Source of the DNA: Bryobacteraceae bacterium
GTDB taxonomy: Bacteria; Acidobacteriota; Terriglobia; Bryobacterales; Bryobacteraceae
Assembly: GCA_039583505.1 (NCBI GenBank)
Contig: JAVKSW010000001.1
Coordinates: 1-24,322, forward strand
Direction of reading: 5' to 3'
Length of the DNA stretch: 24,322 bases
Part shown: piece after piece, positions 8,004 to 15,736 of the stretch
How positions within the stretch are numbered: position 1 is the first letter of the stretch
Layout: the number at the start of each line of letters is the position of its first letter
Translations under genes and position numbers: made by a program
Notes under the pieces: generated by a model
Databases searched by the model: none
What the model was told of the DNA's origin: nothing
The model's input: only the letters and a program-made list of their open reading frames with translations

Positions 8004-8216
8004 CTACTTGGTTTTGCGGACCACGGCGCGGCAGCGCTCGAACAGCTCGAGCAACGACTCGGCGTACTCCTCGCTCGAGCGCGAGCCCTTTCCGCCGAAG
8101 CCGGTGCTCGAAGTGCCTCGCCCGTACCCTGTCGTCACGGCGATAAACTTCATCAACTCGAGTGCAACTTCGTCCGGAGTTTTGGGCGTTTGCTTCTCTG
8201 AGAAGTCTTCAACCAT
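8004..8216 (-). CDS. 70-aa hypothetical protein (predicted helix - Gly/Ser loop - helix)
   Basis: SD AAGGAG sits 11 nt before the ATG. The ORF occupies otherwise empty intergenic space and has protein-like amphipathic segments PDEVALELMKFIAV and EEYAESLLELFERCRAVV. Confidence 0.8.
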   Translation of the reverse strand: MVEDFSEKQTPKTPDEVALELMKFIAVTTGYGRGTSSTGFGGKGSRSSEEYAESLLELFERCRAVVRKTK

Positions 8217-8339
8217 AGTTTCGTTTGCTCCTTAATAGCTGAGTGCTAAAACATAGGCTACCAGTGGCTTGGTTCGAGTTGCCGGATTCGAGTTTCTCGG
8301 ATCCGCCCTCGCTGCCGGTCCCCGCCCTAACTGGAATGC

Positions 8340-9173
8340 ATGCCGGTTCGCGCCCGCAATTTAATCCGTAAGATGCGCGGCGGAGCGCAAGCGCATCTGC
8401 TCGAGGCCGAGGACGGTGGGTTTTACGTGGTCAAGTTCACCAATAACCCGCAACATCGCCGCATTCTCATTAACGAATGGTTGGCCTGCGCGCTTCTTCG
8501 CTACCTGCAGATTCATGTTCCCGAAACCGCCATTGTCGAACTAACTCCCGAGTTCCTCGCCAACAATCCCGAGATCTATCTCTCTATTGGCTCACGCCAC
8601 GAGCCGGTTCCGCCCGGTCTTCACTTTGGCTCCCGGATGGCGGTTCATCCCGAGCGCGTCGCGGTTTTCGACTTCCTGCCCGATAAGTTGCTCGAAAAGG
8701 TGGAAAACCGCATCGAATTCCTGGGTATCCTGGCCTTCGACAAATGGGTCGGAAATGCCGACTCGCGCCAAGCCGTTTTCTTTCGTGCTCGGGCCAAGAG
8801 CTGGACTCCATTAAAGGGCGAAACAGTCGCACGAATTGGGTTTTTCGCCCAAATGATCGATCATGGCTTCGCCTTCAATGGTTCGAATTGGCACTTCCAG
8901 GACTCTCCGATTCAAGGACTTTACTTCCGAACCTCCGTCTATGACGAGGTGCGCTCACTCGATTCGTTCCAGCCATGGCTCGACATGATCGGGAATTTTC
9001 CGGTTGAAGTAATTGATTCTGCCTGGAAGGAGATCCCGCGAGCGTGGCTGGGCGATGATGAGGATGCGCTGGAGCAACTGCTCGAAGCCTTGCTTAAGCG
9101 CCGGGCTCGAGTACCCGCACTCATAAAAGACGTGCAGCGGACACGCTCGAGCGCTTTCCCAAATTGGAGTTAA
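8340..9173 (+). CDS. HipA-like Ser/Thr kinase (HipA_2-type)
   Basis: Gly-rich loop MRGGAQAH, beta3 Lys in YVVKF, alphaC Glu in INEW, catalytic loop FDKWVGNADSR and Mg-binding IDHG. All appear intact. Confidence 0.85.
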   Translation: MPVRARNLIRKMRGGAQAHLLEAEDGGFYVVKFTNNPQHRRILINEWLACALLRYLQIHVPETAIVELTPEFLANNPEIYLSIGSRHEPVPPGLHFGSRMAVHPERVAVFDFLPDKLLEKVENRIEFLGILAFDKWVGNADSRQAVFFRARAKSWTPLKGETVARIGFFAQMIDHGFAFNGSNWHFQDSPIQGLYFRTSVYDEVRSLDSFQPWLDMIGNFPVEVIDSAWKEIPRAWLGDDEDALEQLLEALLKRRARVPALIKDVQRTRSSAFPNWS

Positions 9174-10239
9174 TTTCCATCGCAAGGCGTTGTGCAGTTA
9201 CAGGCGCAAGCAGAATACCGTTTCGATAATGACCGTACGCCAGGTAAAGCCGGGGCGAATGCCAGGAACCAATATGCGGCGCATCGCCGCCGGGGCGAAG
9301 GCCCGTCCAGACTTCCGAAGGCATGGTTTCGAGCAGGTGCGGGAATACATGGCCGGCCTGAGCAGTCAGATGCGCAACCATTTCCGGCTGTATCGCGCGA
9401 TCAAAGCCTACGTGCTCAACTGAGGCTCCTGCAATCAACAAGCCGTTAGCTCGCTGCAGAAGGTATGTGTGCCCGCAGCGCACGATCGTGTTGCATGTCT
9501 GCGCTGGCTGCAAATAACCGATCAAGTGCCCCTTTACCGGTTCTGACACCGGAGGAGCCGGTACGCCCGTGGCAGTGATGCTGTCGCTCCACGCCCCCGC
9601 AGCGATCACAACCGCTTTGTAAGTTTCAATGCCATTCGCGGCATGGATTTTCACGGCAGCGTCGGAAACTTCAACGCGAGAAACCGGGCAGCGCGGAGTA
9701 ACAGACACGCTGTTCTTTCGACAGGCCGCCTCCAGGGCTGCGACCACCTCCCGCGGGTTGACGATGGCGTCCTCGGGATAAAAGCGAGCGCCAACCAAGC
9801 CGCTGGTTTGCACTCGCGGCCAGAACGTTGAAACATAGGCGGTCGTGAGCGATTTGGACGGAATGCCCATACCGGCCTGTCGGGCCGCTCGCACCTCCAA
9901 AGCTCCCATTTCCTCCTGCGAATAGGCCAGATCGAGCGCGCCGCATTCCTGGTAATCAATCGCGAGCCCTGAAGATTGCTCCAGTTCACGGACAAACTCG
10001 CAGTAGAGCTTGCGTGATTCCGTCGCTAGGGTTGCGATCCGCGAAGGACCCTCGATCTCGCCACCCGGAGAGAGCATCCCCGCGCCGGCCCAGCTCGATT
10101 CGCCGCCAATTTCGCCCTTATCGAAGACACTGACCTGCCAACCGGATTGCGCCAGGCGCCAAGCCAGCGACATGCCGATGATTCCGGCACCCGCGATTGC
10201 GATGGAGTTTTCCCGCGCCGTAGAACCGGTCCGACTCAC
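9121..10239 (-). CDS. ThiO-like glycine oxidase / FAD-dependent D-amino-acid oxidase family protein
   Basis: GAGIIG dinucleotide-binding motif, SSWAGAGML, WTGLRP and GHYRNGILLAP. The likely start is GTG 10239, overlapping the LysR stop as GTGA. The ORF track extends it to 10419 inside lysR. Confidence 0.85.
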   Translation of the reverse strand: MSRTGSTARENSIAIAGAGIIGMSLAWRLAQSGWQVSVFDKGEIGGESSWAGAGMLSPGGEIEGPSRIATLATESRKLYCEFVRELEQSSGLAIDYQECGALDLAYSQEEMGALEVRAARQAGMGIPSKSLTTAYVSTFWPRVQTSGLVGARFYPEDAIVNPREVVAALEAACRKNSVSVTPRCPVSRVEVSDAAVKIHAANGIETYKAVVIAAGAWSDSITATGVPAPPVSEPVKGHLIGYLQPAQTCNTIVRCGHTYLLQRANGLLIAGASVEHVGFDRAIQPEMVAHLTAQAGHVFPHLLETMPSEVWTGLRPGGDAPHIGSWHSPRLYLAYGHYRNGILLAPVTAQRLAMEINSNLGKRSSVSAARLL

Positions 10240-11144
10240 GCCGGCGCCTGCAACGACTCCGTTTCCGTACTTGCGCGCTTCACAACTTCCAGAAACGCCT
10301 TCGCCGCATGGCTCAACGCTCGCCTCGCCGGATAGATCAGCCGGATTTTCCGCTCCAGATTCAGCTCTTTGACGCGAATCTCGCGCAACAAACCCTGTTT
10401 GAGCTCCTGCTCCACGCACATGCGCGGAAGAAACGCGACGCCTTCGTTATCCTGCACCAGCCGCCGAATCGATTCCACAGTGGGCATCTCGACATCCATG
10501 TTCAACGGCACTTTGTTGCGCTGGAATTCGCGCAGCACCGCCTCCCGATAGGGAGAGAGCGCATTGTGCGCAATGAACGTCTCCATATCCAGCTCCGAGA
10601 TGACGATGTCGATGCGATCCGCAAACCGGTGCTTTGGCGATACAATCAGCGTGAGCCGGTCTGTAAAGATCACCTGCGAAAGTAGATGATCATCACCGGG
10701 ATCATAGCTGATCACCCCCAATTCCAGCTCGCCATCCAGCAACTGTGACGGTATCTTGCTTGATTCGGATCGCCGCACCTGCACCTTCACCTTTGGAAAC
10801 AGGCGGCGGTACTGCTCAATGTGTTGAATCAGGTATAGCGTGGTCGATTCGTTTGCGCCGATCGAGAGCCGACCCGCGTAGTTGTCCTTCAGCTCACGAA
10901 GGGCATTCTCCAGGTCTGCTTCCAAGTTCTGAAAGCGCCTGGCATACTCCAGGACCACACGCCCGGCGTCCGTAAGCAGCAATTCACGGCCGGAGCGGTC
11001 AATCAGCTTCTCTTTCAAGTCGCTTTCCAGGCGCTGGATAGCGATCGAGATCGCCGGCTGAGTGCGCAACAACTTCTCGCCGGCTCGCGAAAAGCTTCGC
11101 TCTGTCGCGACCGTCAGAAAAACTTTGAGAGGATAGAGTTCCAT
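10236..11144 (-). CDS. LysR-family transcriptional regulator
   Basis: N-terminal HTH (SFSRAGEKLLRTQPAISIAIQRLESDL..LIDR) and a ~300-aa substrate-binding domain. It is divergent from leuA. Confidence 0.95.
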   Translation of the reverse strand: MELYPLKVFLTVATERSFSRAGEKLLRTQPAISIAIQRLESDLKEKLIDRSGRELLLTDAGRVVLEYARRFQNLEADLENALRELKDNYAGRLSIGANESTTLYLIQHIEQYRRLFPKVKVQVRRSESSKIPSQLLDGELELGVISYDPGDDHLLSQVIFTDRLTLIVSPKHRFADRIDIVISELDMETFIAHNALSPYREAVLREFQRNKVPLNMDVEMPTVESIRRLVQDNEGVAFLPRMCVEQELKQGLLREIRVKELNLERKIRLIYPARRALSHAAKAFLEVVKRASTETESLQAPA

Positions 11145-11173
11145 AACGCCTACCCCGATCAGGCGTTTATACC

Positions 11174-11239
11174 ATTATAATGACTTATATAAATGTCGAG
11201 TACTATAAATTTGCATAATCTATCCCATTCGCCTAGGAT
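11174..11239. promoter_or_regulatory. Divergent lysR/leuA control region
   Basis: AT-rich region. The minus-strand -10 is TATAAT at 11174-11179. The plus strand has TTGCAT (11211-11216)-N17-TAGGAT (11234-11239). T-N11-A boxes lie at 11189-11203 (ATAA-N7-GTAC) and 11205-11219 (ATAA-N7-TAAT), the latter overlapping the -35. Confidence 0.55.
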
Positions 11240-11269
11240 GGTGAAAAGTCCTGCAATAGGAGTACCATT

Positions 11270-12463
11270 TTGAGCCGCGTTTACATATTCGATACTACCC
11301 TGCGCGATGGAGAACAGTCTCCGGGTTGCAGTATGACCACGCCGGAAAAGCTCAAAATGGCGGGGTATTTAGTGGACCTGGGTGTAGATATTCTCGAAGC
11401 GGGATTTCCGATCGCTTCGGAAGGCGACTTCGAAGCAGTTGACGCCGTCAGCCGCCAATTTCCCTGGATTCAGGTGGCCGCTCTTGCACGCTCCTGCACG
11501 CTTGATGTGGAGCGTGCCGCGAAAGCCCTTCAGCACGCGAAGCGCGCGCGCATTCACACCTTCATCGCCACAAGCGATATTCACCTGAAGTACAAATTGA
11601 GAAAGAGCCGGCAGGAAGTGTTGGACAATGCTGTTGCCGGAGTAACTCTTGCGCGCAACTATACGGACGATGTGGAGTTCTCGGCGGAGGACGCAACGCG
11701 AACCGACTTCGATTATTTGAAAGAGGTTTGCAAGTCCGTCGTCGAAGCAGGCGCCCGTACGGTGAATCTTCCGGACACCGTGGGCTACTCCGTTCCGGAG
11801 GAGTACGGCGAATTGATTGGTAGGATCGTGAAAGAGCTTGGCGATCGCGCCGTCGTTAGCGTCCATTGTCATGACGATCTCGGACTCGCTGTCGCCAACT
11901 CCCTTGCTGCCGTGAAAGCTGGCGCGCGCCAGGTCGAATGCACGATCAACGGCATTGGCGAACGTGCCGGTAACGCGGCTTTGGAGGAGGTGGTGATGGC
12001 GATCAACACTCGTCATGATCGGCTTCCGTTTGAGACAAAGATCCATCCGGAGAGACTGTTCCCAGCAAGCCAGATGCTTTCACATCTCATTACCTTCGGC
12101 CCGCAGCCCAATAAGGCAATTGTTGGCGAGAATGCGTTTGCCCATGAAGCAGGCATCCACCAGGACGGGTACCTGAAGGAAAGAACGACCTATGAAATTA
12201 TGGATCCCGCCAGTGTGGGCGTGCCGGAAAGCCGCATCGTACTCGGAAAGCATAGCGGCCGGCATGCTCTGAAGCAGCGCGCTGAAGATTTGGGGTTCAC
12301 GCTGACGCGCGAAGAGCTTGACGAACTGTATCACCGCTTCACCATGGTCGCCGACAACAAGAAAGGTCTTCGTAACGAGGAGATCGCCTTACTGGTGCGC
12401 GAAGTCACCAGGCCGCCGGCGAGCACGGAACCTGTAGCGGTGCAGACCACCGCGGCACGTTAG
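11270..12463 (+). CDS. leuA: 2-isopropylmalate synthase, short form lacking the C-terminal regulatory domain
   Basis: [27 protein letters not shown] and [10 protein letters not shown] motifs. TTG start with SD AGGAG at 11258-11262. It is 397 aa long and is the first gene of leuABCD. Confidence 0.92.
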   Translation: MSRVYIFDTTLRDGEQSPGCSMTTPEKLKMAGYLVDLGVDILEAGFPIASEGDFEAVDAVSRQFPWIQVAALARSCTLDVERAAKALQHAKRARIHTFIATSDIHLKYKLRKSRQEVLDNAVAGVTLARNYTDDVEFSAEDATRTDFDYLKEVCKSVVEAGARTVNLPDTVGYSVPEEYGELIGRIVKELGDRAVVSVHCHDDLGLAVANSLAAVKAGARQVECTINGIGERAGNAALEEVVMAINTRHDRLPFETKIHPERLFPASQMLSHLITFGPQPNKAIVGENAFAHEAGIHQDGYLKERTTYEIMDPASVGVPESRIVLGKHSGRHALKQRAEDLGFTLTREELDELYHRFTMVADNKKGLRNEEIALLVREVTRPPASTEPVAVQTTAAR

Positions 12464-12466
12464 GCA

Positions 12467-13570
12467 ATGCAGCTAAACGTTCTCAGCTTACCCGGCGACG
12501 GCATTGGCGTTGAGGTCACCCGCGAAGCACTGAAGGTCCTGCGGCACATAGCGGATGCCTACGGTCACGCCCTTTCTCTCAGCGAAGGCCTGCTGGGCGG
12601 AATCGCCATTCGCGAAACAGGAAATCCTTTTCCGAACGAGACTCGCGAACGTGCGTTGCAGGCGGACGCGACACTTCTCGGGGCGGTCGGCCTACCCGAA
12701 TTCGACAACGCTCCTCCGGAGAAGAGGCCGGAGCGTGGCCTGCTGGGCATACGCAAGGCCCTTGGCGTCTATGCGAACCTCCGGCCCGTCCGGTCTTATC
12801 GCGCGCTCATCGATTCATCGCCCCTCAAAAATGAGCTAGTCCACGGAACCGACATGATCATCGTGCGCGAGCTGACCGGCGGCCTGTACTATGGCACGCC
12901 GCGCGGCATCTCGGGCAACGGCGCGGAAGAACGCGCGGTGAACACCATGACCTACACGCGCCCTGAGATCGAGCGTGTGGCGCACATGGCGTTTCAGCTT
13001 GCCCGCAAGCGGCGCAAAAAGGTGACCAGCGTCGACAAATCGAATGTACTTGAAAATTCCCAACTATGGCGGCGCGTGGTGACCGAAGTTTCTGCTGGAT
13101 ACCGGGACGTCACGCTCGATCACCTGCTGGTCGATAATTGCGCCATGCAATTGGTTCTGACTCCCAAGCGCTTCGATGTCGTGCTCACCGAGAATCTGTT
13201 TGGCGATATCTTGAGCGACGAAGGCGCTGTCCTGGCCGGGTCCATCGGCATGTTACCCTCTGCTTCGATTGGCGACAGGAGGCCTTCAGGCGCGTGGGTG
13301 GGGTTATACGAGCCGGTGCACGGATCGGCGCCTGACATCGCGGGGCAGAATAAGGCCAATCCGCTGGGCGCCATCGGGTCAGTGGCGGCGCTGCTCGAAT
13401 ACAGTTTCGGCTTAATGGATGAAGCCGGAGCTGTGAATCGCGCCATCGATGAGGTTTTAAACAGTGGGCGTGTAACAGTGGATCTAAAGCCGCCTGGACG
13501 CCCTGCAACAACAACTGAGGTGGGCGATGCGGTCTGCGCCCTGGTTTCGGGTCGCGCAGTTTCGGTGTAG
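12467..13570 (+). CDS. leuB: 3-isopropylmalate dehydrogenase
   Basis: [43 protein letters not shown] and [12 protein letters not shown]. Confidence 0.97.
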   Translation: MQLNVLSLPGDGIGVEVTREALKVLRHIADAYGHALSLSEGLLGGIAIRETGNPFPNETRERALQADATLLGAVGLPEFDNAPPEKRPERGLLGIRKALGVYANLRPVRSYRALIDSSPLKNELVHGTDMIIVRELTGGLYYGTPRGISGNGAEERAVNTMTYTRPEIERVAHMAFQLARKRRKKVTSVDKSNVLENSQLWRRVVTEVSAGYRDVTLDHLLVDNCAMQLVLTPKRFDVVLTENLFGDILSDEGAVLAGSIGMLPSASIGDRRPSGAWVGLYEPVHGSAPDIAGQNKANPLGAIGSVAALLEYSFGLMDEAGAVNRAIDEVLNSGRVTVDLKPPGRPATTTEVGDAVCALVSGRAVSV

Positions 13571-13607
13571 CTTTCGCCCGCAAGCGCATCCAATTACATA
13601 GAACTTT

Positions 13608-15035
13608 ATGCCGGAAGGAAACAGCGCGGCAGCTAAGCCGCGCACCATCATCGACAAAGTTTGGGACAACCATGTCGTTGCCGAACGCGACGGCGCGCCA
13701 ACGCTTCTCTACATTGATTTGCATTTGGTCCACGAAGTCACTTCTCCTCAGGCCTTTTCCGGCCTGCGTGAACGTGGTCTCAGGGTTCGACGCCCTGATC
13801 TGACGATTGGCACAACCGATCACAGCATCCCCACGCATGACCGCTCGCTGCCCATCCTCGACAAAATCGCGGAAGCGCAGATCACACAATTTGAAAGGAA
13901 TTGCCGTGATTTCGGCATTCCGTTTTACGGTCCGCGGAGCGACAAACAAGGCATCGTGCATATCATCGGTCCGGAACAAGGGCTGACGCAGCCTGGCATG
14001 ACGGTCGTCTGTGGCGACAGCCATACGGCCACGCATGGCGCTTTCGGCGCTCTGGCTTTTGGCATCGGCACCAGCCAGGTTGAGCACGTGCTCGCCAGCC
14101 AATGTTTGTTGCAAGGGCGCTCTAAGACGTACGAAGTGCGCGTCGAAGGCGCTTTACGGAACGGCGTCACGGCGAAAGACATCATTTTGAATTTGATCTC
14201 TCGCATCGGTATCGGCGGCGGCACTGGATGCGTGTTTGAGTATAGCGGCTCGGCGATCCGTTCGCTTTCTATCGAGGAGCGGATGACCATCTGTAACATG
14301 TCCATCGAAGGCGGCGCGCGCGCCGGCCTTGTCGCCCCCGACGATTTGACCTACCAATACATTGCGGGTCGCCCTTACGCTCCGAAAGGTGCGGATTGGG
14401 ATCGGGCATTGAGGCTGTGGCGGCAATTACCGACGGATCACGGAGCGCAATACGATAAGCGCATCGACATTGACGCCAGCGCGCTGGAGCCGATGATTAC
14501 CTTCGGGACGAACCCGGGGATGGGCATCCCGATTACCGCACCTGTTCCCGATCCCACGTCTGTAATTGATCCAGTCGAGCGCGAGACGCTCGGCAAAGCG
14601 CTTCGCTACATGGATCTGCCCGCGGGTAAATCGCTGCTGGGCCACCGCGTCAATGTGGTGTTCATCGGAAGTTGCACGAATTCACGTATTTCCGATCTGC
14701 GCGCGGCTGCGGCGATTCTTAAGGGCAGAAAGGTGAGTCCGAATGTCCGCCTCATGGTCGTTCCTGGCTCACAGTTGGTGAAAAAACAGGCGCAGGCGGA
14801 GGCCCTGGATCGCGTGTTCCAGGACGCCGGAGCCGATTGGCGTGAAGCGGGCTGTTCGATGTGCATCGCCATGAACGGCGATCAGCTCCAGCCGGGTGAG
14901 TACAGCGTGTCCACCAGCAATCGCAATTTCGAAGGACGACAAGGCAAGGGTGGACGTACTTTCCTGGCGAGTCCTCTCACGGCTGCGGCGACTGCGGTGA
15001 CCGGCGTCGTCACGGATGTCCGAACAATGATCTAG
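13608..15035 (+). CDS. leuC: 3-isopropylmalate dehydratase large subunit
   Basis: [29 protein letters not shown] and [12 protein letters not shown]. The Fe-S Cys ligands are present. Confidence 0.97.
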   Translation: MPEGNSAAAKPRTIIDKVWDNHVVAERDGAPTLLYIDLHLVHEVTSPQAFSGLRERGLRVRRPDLTIGTTDHSIPTHDRSLPILDKIAEAQITQFERNCRDFGIPFYGPRSDKQGIVHIIGPEQGLTQPGMTVVCGDSHTATHGAFGALAFGIGTSQVEHVLASQCLLQGRSKTYEVRVEGALRNGVTAKDIILNLISRIGIGGGTGCVFEYSGSAIRSLSIEERMTICNMSIEGGARAGLVAPDDLTYQYIAGRPYAPKGADWDRALRLWRQLPTDHGAQYDKRIDIDASALEPMITFGTNPGMGIPITAPVPDPTSVIDPVERETLGKALRYMDLPAGKSLLGHRVNVVFIGSCTNSRISDLRAAAAILKGRKVSPNVRLMVVPGSQLVKKQAQAEALDRVFQDAGADWREAGCSMCIAMNGDQLQPGEYSVSTSNRNFEGRQGKGGRTFLASPLTAAATAVTGVVTDVRTMI

Positions 15036-15045
15036 GAGAGCGATC

Positions 15046-15660
15046 GTGGAAAAATTTATATCTTTCACCAGCCGCCTTGCTCCGCTGCCCATCGACAATA
15101 TCGATACGGACCAGATTATCCCAGCCCGTTTTCTGAAGACGATCTCAAAGGCCGGCCTGGGCGATCAGCTTTTTTTCGACTGGAGATATGACGCTGAGGG
15201 AAAGCCAAGACCTGACTTCATCCTCAATAAACAGGAAGGCCGGGCTGCACAGGTTTTACTCGCGGGAGATAATTTCGGCTGCGGAAGTTCACGCGAGCAC
15301 GCGCCCTGGGCTCTGCTGCAATACGGGTTTCGCGCCGTGATCAGCACGTCGTTCGCGGACATCTTCCGCGGCAACTCTCTCAAGAACTCGTTCTTGCCGA
15401 TTGTCGTGCCGCAAGACGTGCACAAGTCTCTATTCCAAGCCGTCGCGAGCGACCCTGCGGCCACCGTGACGGTGGACCTGGCACAGCAGAAGCTTCTTCT
15501 GCCCAATGGCTCCGATGTCGCATTTCCGATCGACGAATTCGCCAGGCACTGCATGCTGGAAGGTATCGACGAGCTGGGCTACATTCTCCAGCAGGAAAGC
15601 GCAATCGCGCGCTATGAGGCCGGGCGGCCGCTCACCATCGATACCTTAGTGTCTGCGTAG
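15046..15660 (+). CDS. leuD: 3-isopropylmalate dehydratase small subunit
   Basis: NIDTDQIIPARFL and NFGCGSSREHAPWAL. SD AGGAG lies upstream. Confidence 0.97.
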   Translation: MEKFISFTSRLAPLPIDNIDTDQIIPARFLKTISKAGLGDQLFFDWRYDAEGKPRPDFILNKQEGRAAQVLLAGDNFGCGSSREHAPWALLQYGFRAVISTSFADIFRGNSLKNSFLPIVVPQDVHKSLFQAVASDPAATVTVDLAQQKLLLPNGSDVAFPIDEFARHCMLEGIDELGYILQQESAIARYEAGRPLTIDTLVSA

Positions 15661-15698
15661 CCGCGCGGTTTCGAGTTCCTCCGAAAAGCTCCGAACGT

Positions 15699-15717
15699 CC
15701 GTAAATACGGCAGTTTT
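15699..15717 (+). terminator. Weak hairpin with short T run after leuD (possible leu operon terminator)
   Basis: CCGT-AAAT-ACGG followed by CAGTTTT. The stem is short. Confidence 0.25.
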
Positions 15718-15720
15718 GCG

Positions 15721-15729
15721 TGATATGGT
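15721..15729 (+). promoter_or_regulatory. Extended -10 element (TGA-TATGGT) 7 nt before the scpA start codon
   Basis: TGATATGGT-GTAGCTA-GTG, with no SD. Confidence 0.55.
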
Positions 15730-15736
15730 GTAGCTA

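Noticed and set aside
8241-8249. Perfect CIRCE half-site (GAGTGCTAA) just upstream of the 70-aa gene
   Set aside because: The partner half 9 nt away (GTTTGCTCC) does not match TTAGCACTC. A single 9-mer is plausible by chance in 24 kb, so HrcA control is not supported.
9190-9449. Two short plus-strand ORFs right after the kinase as possible antitoxin or DUF3037
   Set aside because: Both are antisense to the conserved C-terminal half of the ThiO-like gene, have no SD and show no resemblance to those families.
10240-10419. N-terminal extension of the oxidase given by the ORF track
   Set aside because: It overlaps lysR in another frame for 180 bp. The GTGA coupled start at 10239 is more plausible.
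11145-11269. Leucine attenuator or leader peptide before leuA
   Set aside because: No short ORF with clustered Leu codons and no terminator/antiterminator pair were found.
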